Below, in pieces: positions 25,033 through 37,384 of a stretch of 64,000 nt of DNA; the stretch's first letter is position 1; each line of letters opens with the position of its first letter. Source of the stretch: Leucoraja ocellata (lineage: Eukaryota); assembly GCA_036785375.1 (NCBI GenBank), contig JAWMAR010000201.1, forward strand, positions 1 to 64,000, read 5' to 3'. A program made the position numbers and the translations under genes. Under the pieces are notes generated by a model. That model was not told the DNA's origin. It saw only the letters and a list, made by a program, of their open reading frames with translations, and made no database searches.

Positions 25033-28000
25033 GTTTTTTTTTCCCTTCCAAATACTTTATTCAATAATTGCATATTACAGTGTACCAGAAAGTACAAAAA
25101 CGTTCAATAGTCACATTGCATCAGGCAATCATCATAAAACACTAATGGCATCTTTACAATGCATTCATTGTAAAGATGCGGAAGGTCATTGTTCATGGAA
25201 GGCCACCAGAGTCCCCGTGGACACCACATGTTCCCTCTCCTGGGACATGCGAGCACAGACATAGGCCTGGAAAAGGGGCAGGCAGCCGACTTTAGTGTGG
25301 CCATTGACTGGACCTGGAGCAAACCGACAGAGAGATCCTACCCTCCTGATCGACAATCCCCACTCCCTGCCTTGTGCCCAAATACCAGAATCATGGGACT
25401 AAAATGCAACCAGAACCAGAGGAACAGCCCCTTCAGATACTCATACAGGGGCTGCAACCTCTCAAGCTCCATATACACGTGGTACACGGTCTCGTTCTTG
25501 CCACAGAAGTTACAGACAGTTGCCTAGTCTGTGAATCGAATTAAACATTTGTTACACACCACGTCTCTGTGCAACACTCTGCACCCCAGGTCTCCGATGT
25601 AAAGGAGGAGACCTCCACTGGGGACCTCTCCCGCCGTCAGGTGATAACTCAGACCGCCAGGGCGTGTCCGGATGGAAGACGAGGGTGAGGAAATGGTGAG
25701 TGTGCAGGAGCAATCTGCACGGAATGGCACGCTGGGCATCTTGGAAAGGCGGCTCGTGTTGTGTAGGGCCGGCTCCCAGGAAAGATTCCGGGACCTGGTC
25801 TCAATGGGCAATTCTGACAAGTGTGACAAAAGATATGGAACTGGAGAGATTCCCAGGATACAGAGCCATAAACAGGACACAGTGGAGAGTTTGTGGAATA
25901 GTGCGGGCAGTGTTCGGGAAGGGGGCACATGACACGTGTGAACTTCCTCCAGCAACTACTGGCTGAACTGAATGAGGAGGGAAGAGTTAAACTGGTGGGT
26001 GGAAATGAGCTGGGATCGGCTCATTCGTGGGTCGTGGCTGTTGAAGACGAGTTATGGGGTATCGCGGTGGTCAGCTCGGTCGGAATCATTCCGAGCACTC
26101 GCCTCTTCTCAACGCCCACCATGACAGGGTGAGGACTGGCCACCCTCGCAGTTACAACACCCTCCTCCCCCTGAGGAGCAGCACACTGGCTGAAGGTGAC
26201 CAGATTCATAATTCTCAAGGCATCACGGTAGAAACTGTGCAGATTCCATGTGGTGGGTCGACTGATGCCCGCCACCGGGATCTGCAAACCCCCCTCTAGG
26301 CAACGGCCTTGGCGGAAAATATACGTGGTCAGAGTGTGCCATCTTGGAGGATGTTCTGCATACACGTACCTCCGCAGGGTCCTGAGACGGAGGGCCCCCA
26401 CCTGAGTACGCACGCATAGCAAGGATTGGCCACCCTCCTCTAACGGGAGACTCAGGCCCGCTACGGAAACCCAGTGCTTCTTGTCCCCCCAGAGGAAACT
26501 CACTAACCTCTTCTGTATCAAAGGCAGATGGCGGGAGAAGAGTGGCCAGCTGGTACCATAACATGCAGGCCACCAGCACTCTACCTTCAAAGGTCAAGCC
26601 CTCTGAGCAAGACTGACCAGCGTCCCAGCCAGGCGACGACTTTCGTCTCCAACTTCTGCCAGTTTGTTGGCCAAGCATCCTCAGTGGGATTTGGGTAGAT
26701 GCCCAGGTAGAGGAGGTGTGTAGTGCTCAACGCATAAGATGTCATCTCCTCCGGTAGAGAGTCCACCTGCCACTGACTCACCAAAAGTCTGGAACACTTA
26801 CTCCAGTCGATCCTGGTGGAGGATGCGGCCGAGAAAACATGCTGGCACTCGCGTCTCCTCCGCAGGGCAACAGGGTCAGTGAACATAAGGAGCACATCGT
26901 CGGCGTGGGCCGAGAGAACAACCCCCAACTCCCGGTCCTGGCAAAGTCAGGCCTGTCAACCGCATCCGAAGAAGACACATGAACGGCTCCACACACACTG
27001 AGTACAACTGACCAGACATGGGACACCCCTGGCGTACCCCCCTCCCAAAGTGAATGGGTGCCAACAACGAACCATTTAACTTTACGTGGCACTCCGCTGG
27101 GGCGTACAAAAGCCGGACCCGGGCCACAATATGCGGTCCAAATCCAAACGCCTGCAATGTCCCAAAAAGGTAGTGATGATCTACCCTGTCAAATGCCTTC
27201 TCCTGATCAAGGGATAGAGAAGCAACTGACTGACCAGCCCCCTGGGACAATTGGATCAGGTCCCTAACCAGGTAGATGTTTTCTTGAATGGACGAGCCAG
27301 GGACTGTGTAGGACTGGTCCAGGTGGATCAGTCAGGACAGCATGAAACCCAGGCGATTTGCCATTGATGGGGCAAAAACATTATACTCTGTACTGAGGAG
27401 AGAGACCGGGCACCAGTTCTTCAACAGGTGAAGATTACCCTTCTTGGTTAGCAGGACAACGACTGCCTGCACCACAATAGGGGCATCTCCCCGGTCACCA
27501 GGCTCTCCCCTAGGACCTTTGTGTAATCCCCCTTGGACATCCCAGAAGGCTCTAACAAACTCTATGGTCAGCCCATCTAGCCCTGGTGCCTTACCCCTCC
27601 TGTGCAAGGCACCAGTCAACTCCTCCAATGATATTAGGTCATCAAAGAGTTCAACCTCCTCTATAACTTCCGGAGCCGGGCCGCCCTCACGGGAGTGCCT
27701 TCCAGTTTGTACCTGGGGTACAAACCAGAACCGGAAACAACAGCAGTTTGAGCTTAAAAGCGGTCTCGGAGTCTTTTAGACTGACTCTGAGACCGCTTTT
27801 AAGCTCAAACTGCTGTTGTTACTGGTTCTTTTAGAGCAGCAGAAGCAGTTCTCTCCAGCCAAGCAAGGAAAACGCCCACGCTTATCTTCTCTGCTGGGGG
27901 CAGCTTTAGGAGGCTTTTACCAGGTCTTCCGAGCCTCCAGAAACTGCCGGATTCAAAAAGTACCTTCTCTTTGTTTATGCCCAGGCAACCTGGTCTGGGC

Positions 28001-28303
28001 AAAATGGTATGGGAGCAGAGTTATGATGCTCGAAACCACAAACACCGCTTTTGTCCGACTCCCAGTCTCCAGGTACAGTTGGTAATTCACCAGCCACTGC
28101 CGCTCCTACGGAACTCCAGAAAAGCGCTGGAATTCCTCACTAAATGGAGAAATCCTTTGAAAAGAGAAGTCCCTGCAGTCCGACGTTATGTCTAACCTTG
28201 AAATCTCACTATTTCTGTCCCTCTTCCTTCAACGAAAACCTTTCAAGGGTTACTTATAAACTTATCAGCTGTCGGAGCAGTGCCACTCTGTATCCGACCT
28301 TGA
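25033..28303 (-). mobile_element. Tx1-clade (L1 group) LINE insertion, degenerate, with rearranged 5' part
   Basis: Minus-strand AATAAA plus poly-A at 25034-25062; RT motifs GKAPGLDG, SLDQEKAFDRV, GVRQGCP, ADDV; flanked by direct repeat GAGCTTCAC (25024-25032, 28304-28312). Confidence 0.8.
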
Positions 28304-28466
28304 GAGCTTCACTCTGTGTCTATCCATGTTCTGGGAGTGTGTGAATGGACAGCGCTGTCGCAGTTATTTGAAGTCAGTCTACGATGTGGGCCCCAAGTTC
28401 TTGCTGAGTTTGTGAACAAGGCCCAATGCAGTCTCTCTGATGAGTGATCCCCTCTTCTTTCACCAG

Positions 28467-28565
28467 GGTTGAGTAGCTGTCTCCGTGGATGTTGGTTGAG
28501 GGCCACGGTCGCAGCCGTCCTGCTTCTGATTCTCATCTCAGTCACTGTCGCCACCCACATCATCA
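28467..28565 (+). CDS. Gene B exon 4, stalk plus Arg-containing transmembrane helix (GLSSCLRGCWLRATVAAVLLLILISVTVATHII)
   Basis: Acceptor cctcttctttcaccag, 99 nt phase 1-1, donor A|GTGAGT, in frame with exon 3; not listed in the ORF track. Confidence 0.85.
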
Positions 28566-28689
28566 GTGAGTGCTGTTTTTAAGTGTTTGCAGCTAAAATG
28601 TAGAAACAATGAACTGCAGCCATTGTTTAATTCAGAAAAGGTCACAAAGTGCTGGAGTAGCTGCAGCAAGGAACCAGGTTCGCTTGGAC

Positions 28690-29820
28690 CTTCTCCGAAC
28701 TCTCCCTACCGTTTCTGAATATCACCGTCTCCATCACAGGAGACAGACTATTGACCGACATCTACTACTAACCTACTGACTCCCATAGATATCTAGACTA
28801 CACTTCTTCCCACCCTGCTTCCTGTAAAGACTGTCATCAACTCCCAATTCCTTCATCTATGCTGTATCTGCACCCAGGACGAGGCTTTCCATGATCATCG
28901 GAGATGTCCTCATTCTTTAGGAAATGGAATTTCGACTCTTCCATTATAGATGATGCTCCCACTAGGGTCTCCTCGATATCCCGCAGCTCTGCTCTTGCTC
29001 CCCATTCGCAACAAGGAAAGAGTCCCACTTGGCCTCACCTTCCACCCCACCAGCCGTTGCATACAACATATAATCCTTTCACCACCTCCAACGGGATCCC
29101 ACTACTGGCAACATCTTCCCATCTCCACCCCTTTCTGCTTTCTGCAGACACCCTTTCCTCCGTAACTCCCTAGTCAACTCGGCCCTTCCCACTCAAACCA
29201 CCTTCTCCCCAGGTACTTTGACCTGAAACTGCAGGAGATGCAACACCTGTCCCTATACCTCCCCCTTCGACTCCATCCAAGGACCCCAACAGTCTTTTCA
29301 GGTGAGGCAGAGGTTCACTTGCACCTCCTCCAACCTCATCTATGGTATCCGCTGTTCCAGGTATCAACTTCTGTACATCGGTGAGACCAAGCGCAGGCTC
29401 AGCGATCGTTTCGCTGAACACCTCCGTTCAGTTGCCTTAACCTACCTGATCTCCCGGTTGCTCAGCAGTTTAACTCACCCTCCCATTCCTAATCTGACCT
29501 TTCGGTCCTGGGCCTCCTCCATTCTTAGGGTGAGTCCAAGCGCAAATTGGAGGAACAGCACCTCATATTTTGCTTGGGTAGCTTACACCCCAGCGGTATG
29601 AATATTGACATCAAATAGCACTTGCTTTCCCGATCTTTTTATCCCCGCTCCCTTCCCAGTTCTCCCATCTCTTACTGTCTCCGACTACATTCTATCCCTG
29701 TCCCGCCCACTGCCCTGCCAGCAATCTGAAGAAGAGTCTCGACCGGAAACATCACCCATTCCTTCTCTCCAGAGATGCTGCCTGTCCCGCTGAGTTACTC
29801 CAGCATTTTGTGTCTACCTT
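28690..29820 (+). mobile_element. Penelope-like element: RT C-terminus, GIY-YIG endonuclease and 3' pLTR
   Basis: FTCTSSNLIYGIRCSR..LYIGETKRRLSDRFAEH; 3' end ctgaagaagagtctcgaccggaaac...gagttactccagcattttgtgtc. Confidence 0.88.
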
Positions 29821-31460
29821 AGGCTCAAGGATCCGACTAGTAGAACAGAAAAAGGCTCACTCATCTGTTTAGTTACAAATTTGTTTTTTTGGCAAGAGAG
29901 AACAAAAAGAACACTTGTCTCGGTATGCCCAGGGTCCAGTTTTACAGCAGCACACATCTCTCTCTCTCTCTGCCTCCATCTGCGGCGCTGATCGCGTCTC
30001 AGCCCGTCAGAGAACCCCGCTCGTACATGAACTTGAAAATTTCTCATATAACATTCCACCCCTTGAACAATCTGGTTACCGTCACATCCGGCCCACAGGC
30101 TTTACCTCGTCACATCCGGCCCACAGGCTTTAGTAAAGTCCACACGGCCGCACATAGAAGGCTGTAATATTATGGCCAACAAGATTGTCCCAATGGTCAG
30201 TTCCCAGTGCACTACTGTTGTCCACCAGCCTCCAAACATCCCGAAAGGCCACCATCCTCCCGGGAGATTGTAGTCATGGTACTGTTCTCCGACCCTTCCC
30301 CATGGCTTCCAGGATGTGGTCAGCGAGGATGGTGATGTTCTCTTTTACCTCACTCCGTGTCAAACCAGTCACTGAGTCTGTATGACCACGCATGGTATAA
30401 ATTAACCTGTTTTGTCAGAGGTCCCAAACTTTAATGTCATCAATACCATCAGAGATTATCTGATCGCTGTGTCATTAAACGTTGCTGCCAGTACCTGGCA
30501 TGTGTTTTGAAACATATGGATTGCAGCCTTCTTCCGAATGTCCTATAGTTTAATTGTCTCATCATTGCTTCCTGTACAGCCGTTGTGCTGGATAACATGA
30601 ATTCAGAAAGGATGTGTGACCTTTAAGACCCTTGATTCGTTCACCCGTTTCATTATCTCACCTTCACATTGACCACTCCGAGCTCACTGAGTCCACACCG
30701 TCACACTGACCACTCAGCCACAGCGCCATGGGTCACAGACTGTTCAGGGAAATTCTCGTATAACAGTAGCTCAGCAGTTCAGGAAGCATCTCTGGGGAAC
30801 ATGGATAGGCGCGTTTCTGCTCGATATCCTTGATTGTAGGGGCAGGAGAAAAAGGGTGGAAACGGGAATGGCAGGACAAAGCATGGCAGGTAAAAGATTG
30901 ACAAATGCGGGAGAGGGTGGTTGTTGATAGGCAGAGGCCAGAGATAAGAAAGGAAGGTGAGAGACAGGTTTAAGAGCTCCAGATTGTGAAGCCAGATGGG
31001 GATAATTAGTAAGTGGTGACCTAAAATTGGAGAATTTAATATTTATTTTGCTGGGTTTTTTGAGCTATCCACATGGAATACGAGGTGGTCCTCCATTTAG
31101 TGTATGGCCTCACTCTGACAATGGACGAGGCCTAGGACAGAAAAGTAAGTGTGGGAATGGGGAGGGGAGTTAAAACGATAGCAAATGGGAAATATAGTTG
31201 GCATTGGCGGACCAACCGTAACTGTTCATTGAAACAGACAACAAGTCCATGCTTGCCCTGCCCAGTGTACAGGAGGCCATGTTGGGAAAACTGGATGTAG
31301 TAATTGAGGTTAGAGGAGGTGCATGTGAACGTCTTTCTCAGCTGGAAGGAACGCTAGGGTCACTGGATAGAGGCGAGGGTGAAGGTAAACGGACAGGTGT
31401 TTCATCTCATGTGGACTCTCGTAGGGTGCACTGACTTCTCTCCTATCTCTCTCCCCACAG

Positions 31461-31510
31461 GCGCCCGCCCTGTCAGTGGAACTGCAGACAGGCCTCACAA
31501 GACTGAATGA
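31461..31510 (+). CDS. Gene B exon 5, short tyrosine-free cytoplasmic tail SARPVSGTADRPHKTE*
   Basis: Strong acceptor tcctatctctctccccacag, phase-1 continuation, TGA at 31508-31510; total CDS 804 nt = 267 aa. Confidence 0.7.
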
Positions 31511-32443
31511 CTTCCCCTCACCTCTTTCCTTCTCCACATCTGCTTTTCCACCTCCCTCTGCCACTGCTCCTCACTCACTTCCCTTCCTCTCCTCTTCCCC
31601 ATTTTCTCTTTCCTGTCCCTCTCCTTCCCGGCACTCCTCCCCGTACTTCCCCTCTCGCACTCCCTACTCTACAAAGGGAAGTCAGCAGTAAGGTCGGGAG
31701 GGTGAGAAGAGTTATGGCAGCCAGGGGTGGGGAGGGTGAGGGACGGATAGGGAGGAGAGATAGAGAGAAGTGACAAAGGATAAGAGGAAATGAAGGTAGA
31801 GGGTTCGGGTGGGAGGGAGTGGGTGGGTGGGTGGGCAGAGGTCTCAGGAATAAGAAGGGAGATGGAGGGGTTAGAAGGAAGATGGTTGGCATGGGGAAGG
31901 ACAGATGAATGAGGGAGGATCATAGGGACAGAGAGTGGGGGAAGGGCAGAGCAGAAGGAGGTCTGGAGGTGTAAAGAGTAGAGTGAGGATGGCTGGGTGG
32001 GGCTGTGGATTGGGTGAGCATGGGAATGGAGGCTGCCTGATGGGGAGAGAGGAAGAGAATGTTGATTGGGAATGGCAGGTGACAGAGTGATCAGGGGTCC
32101 GGAAGCCGTGAGGAGGTCGAAGGACTGAGGTTGGAGTGAGAGAGAGTCTGGGAAGGAGAAGAGGGTTTGAGGAGGTGAGGTGTTGTAACTGCGAGTCGAG
32201 CAGGTGAGACCGGGAAGGGAGAGCGCCGTGGACACAGAATCAGAAGAGAGCCTGTGCCCAACCAATGATCCCAAGAAACAGCGGACAGTTCCTGGAACCA
32301 AAGGCGGCTGCAAAGGTTTCCACTTGTGTTTGTTCTGTGATGAAATTGCCAGTTTGTCTGTAATGACCGGACATCCCCTCCTCCCCTCCTTCCTCCCCAT
32401 TTCCTTCACTCTCCCCCTCCCCCCCTCCCCCTTCCCACCTGTA

Positions 32444-34190
32444 AAGGGCCTGTCCAACTTTGCGATTTGTTCAGCGACTGCGAGCGTCAGTTACTGACAC
32501 CCGTAGTCGCCCTAACAAAACGTCAAGTTGTACGTCAATCTATGACAGGCTACGACATAGAAACATTGAAATTAGGTGCAGGAGTAGGCTATTCAGCCCT
32601 TCGAGCCTGCACCGCCATTCAATATGATCATGGCTGATCATCCAACTCAGTTTCCTGTACCTGCCTCTCTCCATACCCCCTAATCCCTTTAACCACAAGG
32701 GCCACATCTAACTCCCTCTTAAATATAGCCAATGAACTGGCCTCAACTACCTTCTGTGGCAGAGAGTTCCAGAGATTCACCACTCTCTGTGTGAAAAATG
32801 TTTTTCTCATCTCGGTCCTAAAGGATTTCCCCTTTATCCTTAAACTGCGACCCCTTGTCCTGGACTTCCCCAACATCGGGAACAATCTTGCTGCATCTAG
32901 CCTGTCCAACCCCTTAATAATTTTGTGAGTTTCTATAAGATCCCCCCTCAATCTTCTAAATTCTAGCGAGTACAAGCCAAGTCTATCTAATCTTTCTTCA
33001 TATGAAAGTCCTGACATCCCAGGAATCAGTCTGGTGAACCTTGTCTATGGCAAGAATGTCTTTCCTCAGATTAGGAGACCAAAATTGTACTCAATACTCC
33101 AGGTGTGGCCTCACCAAGACCCTGAACAACTAGAGTAGAACCTCCTTGCTCCTATACTCAAATCCTTTTGCTATGAATGCTAACATACCATTCGCTTTCT
33201 TCACTGCCTGCTGCACCAGCATGCCTACTTTCAATGACTGGTGTACCATGACACCCAGGACTCGTTACATCTCCCCTTTTCCTAATCGGCCACCATTTAG
33301 ATATAGTCTACTTTCCTGTTTTTGCCACCAAAGTGGATAACCTCACAATTATCCACATTATAATGCATCTGCCATGCATTTGCCCACTCACCCAGCCTGT
33401 CCAAGTCACCTTGCAGCCTCCTAGCATCCTCCTCACAGCTAACACTGCCCCACAGCTTCGTGTCATCCGCAAACTTGGAGATGTTGCATTCAATTCTGCG
33501 TCACCCACCTTCACAACACAAGAAGGTTACACTGAAGTATAATAATCACATTGGAAATGAACTTATCTACAATAAATTTGAGGACCAATGACTTTTTAAG
33601 AAATAAATTGTTTATTTAATAGCTCAAAAATAACATCATATTGAAAAACAGCAATTTGTTTAACAAGAAAGGTTTAACGTCAACAAAAATAACATATATT
33701 TAACGCCATATTTCAAAGAACACCATACTTATACAAAGATTTTATTCAAGAACAATAGTCAGATCTGACAATGACGTTACAATTTACATCAACTCCAATG
33801 AACTTCAAGAAGACAAAAAGATCTTTATTTGTTCACCACATTAGAATGAACATCATTTCAGATGTTCTTAATAATGTACTTTGTACATTTATGTACTTTT
33901 GTACTTTTTATTCTTTATGGGCACTTTGGCCCTGGCTATCTTCAGCCAAATAATCTAAAAAGCTTTGAAAGTCGGCGCGTTACATACCCGCGTCACTGGG
34001 CATCACCCGCAGGACAGCGTACGTCAGCGTGTGACAGGACGCACGACATGACAAGACACCCAGTTGTCGCTTGAAGATTTTGAACATTCCAAAATCCAGG
34101 GGCGGCAGGGAGACACCGCGCGTCTCCACATGCGCCACCCCGCGACAACCTCTTTTCAGTCTGTCGCCGAAAATGTCGCCCAACTGGGGC
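32444..34190. mobile_element. Probable PIF/Harbinger-like non-autonomous element interrupted by a CR1
   Basis: Left end taaagggcctgtccaactttgcgattt, right end aaaatgtcgcccaactggg; right TIR incomplete. Confidence 0.45.
32557..33498 (-). mobile_element. Young CR1 LINE 3' fragment
   Basis: GLSYEERLDRLGLYSLEFRRLRGDLIET...; near-identical to 12931-13593. Confidence 0.9.
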
Positions 34191-34759
34191 TCCGATGTTA
34201 AAGCCCCCGGTGGACGATGGTAAGTCCTGTGGCCATTAAGCCGCGCCGGGCGATGTTAGGCCCCTGCTCCTTGTCCTTTAAACCCCACGATTCCAGCCGT
34301 AGAAGTTGCTGTTGCGGGAGCTCCAAAAAGCCGTCCCCCCCCCCACTAGGGACCTGGAGCTCCCGATGTTCCTGTCCACCGGGCCTGCGGCCGGAGCCTC
34401 CGAATCTCCGAAGTCGGGCCGCAGCTGCCAGCCACCACAAATCCTCCCGTTCCGAAGTCGGCCAGATCCGCGATGTCAGGTCTGCAGGCTCCGCAACTAG
34501 AGCCCTCAGGCTGATCCCGGCCGGAGGCTGCCGCCGGCTCCACGATGCTGGGCTCAACGACACCGGAGACCCGACAGGGAAAATGTAGCGTCCCCGTTAA
34601 GGGAAGAGATTAACGGTTTACCCCACATCCTCCCCCCCCACATATACAGAGATAAAAAAATAATAAAAACTAGGATCAAGGCATACATTTAACAAGACAA
34701 AAATAATTTTTAAAATACGACTGTAGTCGAGCCGCTGCCGTTAGGCACCGCCACACCCA

Positions 34760-36250
34760 CCTAAGATTAAAGAGATTTAAAAAAAGGACTAAAACTGATG
34801 AGCTGCACTGCTGGGAACTATATTCTGCTCGCTATATATTCACCTTTGCTCTATCTACTGTACTTTAGTTTGAAGTTATTGTCTGTGTATGGACTATCTA
34901 ATCTGTTTGAGTAGCATGCAAAATAAAGCTTTCCACTGTACCTCAGCACACGTGACAATAATAAACACAAACTTAAAATGTTACCAAAGTTTGTAGCATT
35001 TGTACCCACGGTTTGTAAAATGTTTCACAGTTGAGAAAAGGATCAAGTCATTGGCAAAGAAAGGGGCAGAATAAAAGAGCAAGAAAACATAACAAATGTT
35101 TACAAACATCTGTGGATCTGTAGAGTGGCAATGATTGGCTAATGTTGATATGGAACCATCACGACTCAGACAGGAGAAACTATATTTTAATTTAGGTAGG
35201 AAATGCAGTGTGGAACAGGCCCTTCAGCCCTCCCAGTCCATGCAGACCTTCGATTACCTATTCACACTATAGGGCATTTGTTACAGTACATGTAAATACC
35301 GAGGGAGGGGATGGAAAATGTGAGAAGGGATGAATGAAACATGGAGGTGGAGTGGCTGCGAGTGGAGCAGGTGAGACCGGGAGAGGGATAACGCCGTGGG
35401 CACAGGATCAGAACAGAGCCTGTGCCAGATCAATGGTCCCGAGAAACAATGGACTGTTCCTGGAACCAACGGCAGGTGCAAAGGTTTCCAATTGTGTTTG
35501 TTCAGTGATGAAATTGCTAGTTTGTCTGTAACGACGGACATCGCCTCCCCCCCCCGCAACTACAGTGTGAATATATCTGAATAAAGCAAACTGAGAGCAG
35601 ACACTGCGATGACTGTTTGACTGAGATTCTACCTTCAAAAACATGGTAGGAGCCAGTAATGGCACCCTTTAACTAGACTGAGCCAGTAGTTAGAAATATT
35701 TCCACACCGGAACACAAACATAAGTACGACATCTGTGGTTAATAAGATTAAAGAGATTAGATCAACGGAAATGTTGAAAACTGGTGCCACAATGATGGGA
35801 ACTATATTCGACACTCTATCTTTGTCTTTGCTCCATCTACTGTACTCAGTTTGAAATTATTGTGCTTGGGCATGGACTATCTGATCTGTTTGGGTGGCAT
35901 GCAAAATAAAGATTTACACTGTACCTCACACACATGACAATAATAAACTCAAACTTAAAATGTTACCAATGAATGTTGGACCCAAGGACTGCAAAACATT
36001 TCACAGTTGAGCAAAGGATCAAGGTGTTGACAAAGAAAGGGGAAGTAGAATATTAGAGCTAGAAAAACAGCAAATGGTTACAATATTTTAATATATTTAA
36101 CTATATTTAAGCTTAGGTAGGAGATACAGATTGGAACAGGCCCTTTGGCCCATCTAATTCTGGCCGACCATTCACATTATAGGGCAGGTGTCACATGTAA
36201 GTAACAAAGGAAGGGGTGGAAAATGTGGGAAGAGATGAATGAAACCAGGT
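34760..36250. repeat. Local tandem duplication (~34760-35350 vs ~35745-36250); 35350-35545 also repeats 32190-32375
   Basis: Colinear blocks (taagattaaagagatt...gggaactatattc...aaacttaaaatgttacca...tttcacagttgag...ggaacaggccctt). Confidence 0.75.
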
Positions 36251-36910
36251 TGTGAAGGGAGTTGTCTCTGCAGAAGGTGGAAACAGGTGGGGATGGGGAG
36301 ATGAGACTGGTGGTGGGATCACATTGAAGATGGCAGAAATGTTGGAGAATTGTGCAACTGCCAATCAAATCCCACCTCACCTACATCAACCTATCACTTC
36401 CCAAAGTTTGTCCTGCCCCCACCTCTCTTCCAACTATCTATATCTCCATCCAACTGCCTAACCCCCCCCCCCCCCAATTCACTATTACAATCAATCTGAA
36501 GAAAGGTGTTAACCTGAAATATCACTTGTCCAGACATTCATCCGGGCCCTTTGCCACTTTGCACTGTACGTCTTTATAATAAACCAGATTCAGCAGTTCC
36601 TTGGGTCTCCAAGAAGATAGGCTCTTCGGCCCAACTCATCCTTCCTAACTTAGCTGTTACCATTTGCCAAAATTTGAATTATCCCTCTAAACCATTCCAC
36701 GTACCTGTCCAAAAGTCTTAAATGTTACGAAATACCTACCCCTGGCAGCATTCCATATACAGTATTATATATATATTCCACCCCCTCCTTCTATGTGAAA
36801 AATATGCCCCCCAGGTTCCTATTCAATCTTTCCACTCTCATCTTAGAGCTCTGCCCTCAAGTTCTTAATTCCCCAACACCAGGAAAAAGACTGTGCAATC
36901 ATCCTATCTA

Positions 36911-37384
36911 TTTTTTTTTTGTTTTTTATGTTTTTGTTTTTTTTTGTTTTGTTTATTTTATTAGAAGTTAATACAGTACAAAACAACAGTGGGACCTAAA
37001 TTTAGGTGCCAACCATGTCATACCGTAATCCATTCTATGTACAACCTCTAGTTTTATGTTTTGAAAAGGAAGTAAGCAAGACAACAAAAAGAAAACAATG
37101 GAAACGGGAAAAAGAGGAAAAATAGATGGTAGAGAATAGAAAAACGTGAAGTGTGTATATAAAAAAAGCAAAAGTGGAAAGTAGAAATAGGAGAGAAGGC
37201 CCCTTAAAAGAGAGATTTTCAAATCTTTATTCGGAGATGTAGATCTATCCACGGCATAAACTGAAATCAGCAATCTTTACGGTACCGCTGCATCACATGA
37301 TTCCAAAAAGTCGATGAAAGGAGACCAACTCCTTAAGAATTGGTCATATTTATCTATTAGTCGGAGTCTCATTTCTTCAATGCG
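36911..37384 (-). mobile_element. 5'-truncated L1 LINE with poly-A tail and TSD
   Basis: Poly-T on +, ORF2 C-terminus EEMRLRLIDKYDQFLRSWSPFIDFLES..*, TSD ATCCTATCTA at 36901-36910 and 37385-37394. Confidence 0.85.

Noticed and set aside
31669-32457. 262-aa minus-strand ORF
   Set aside because: Low-complexity purine/pyrimidine tract with no domain features
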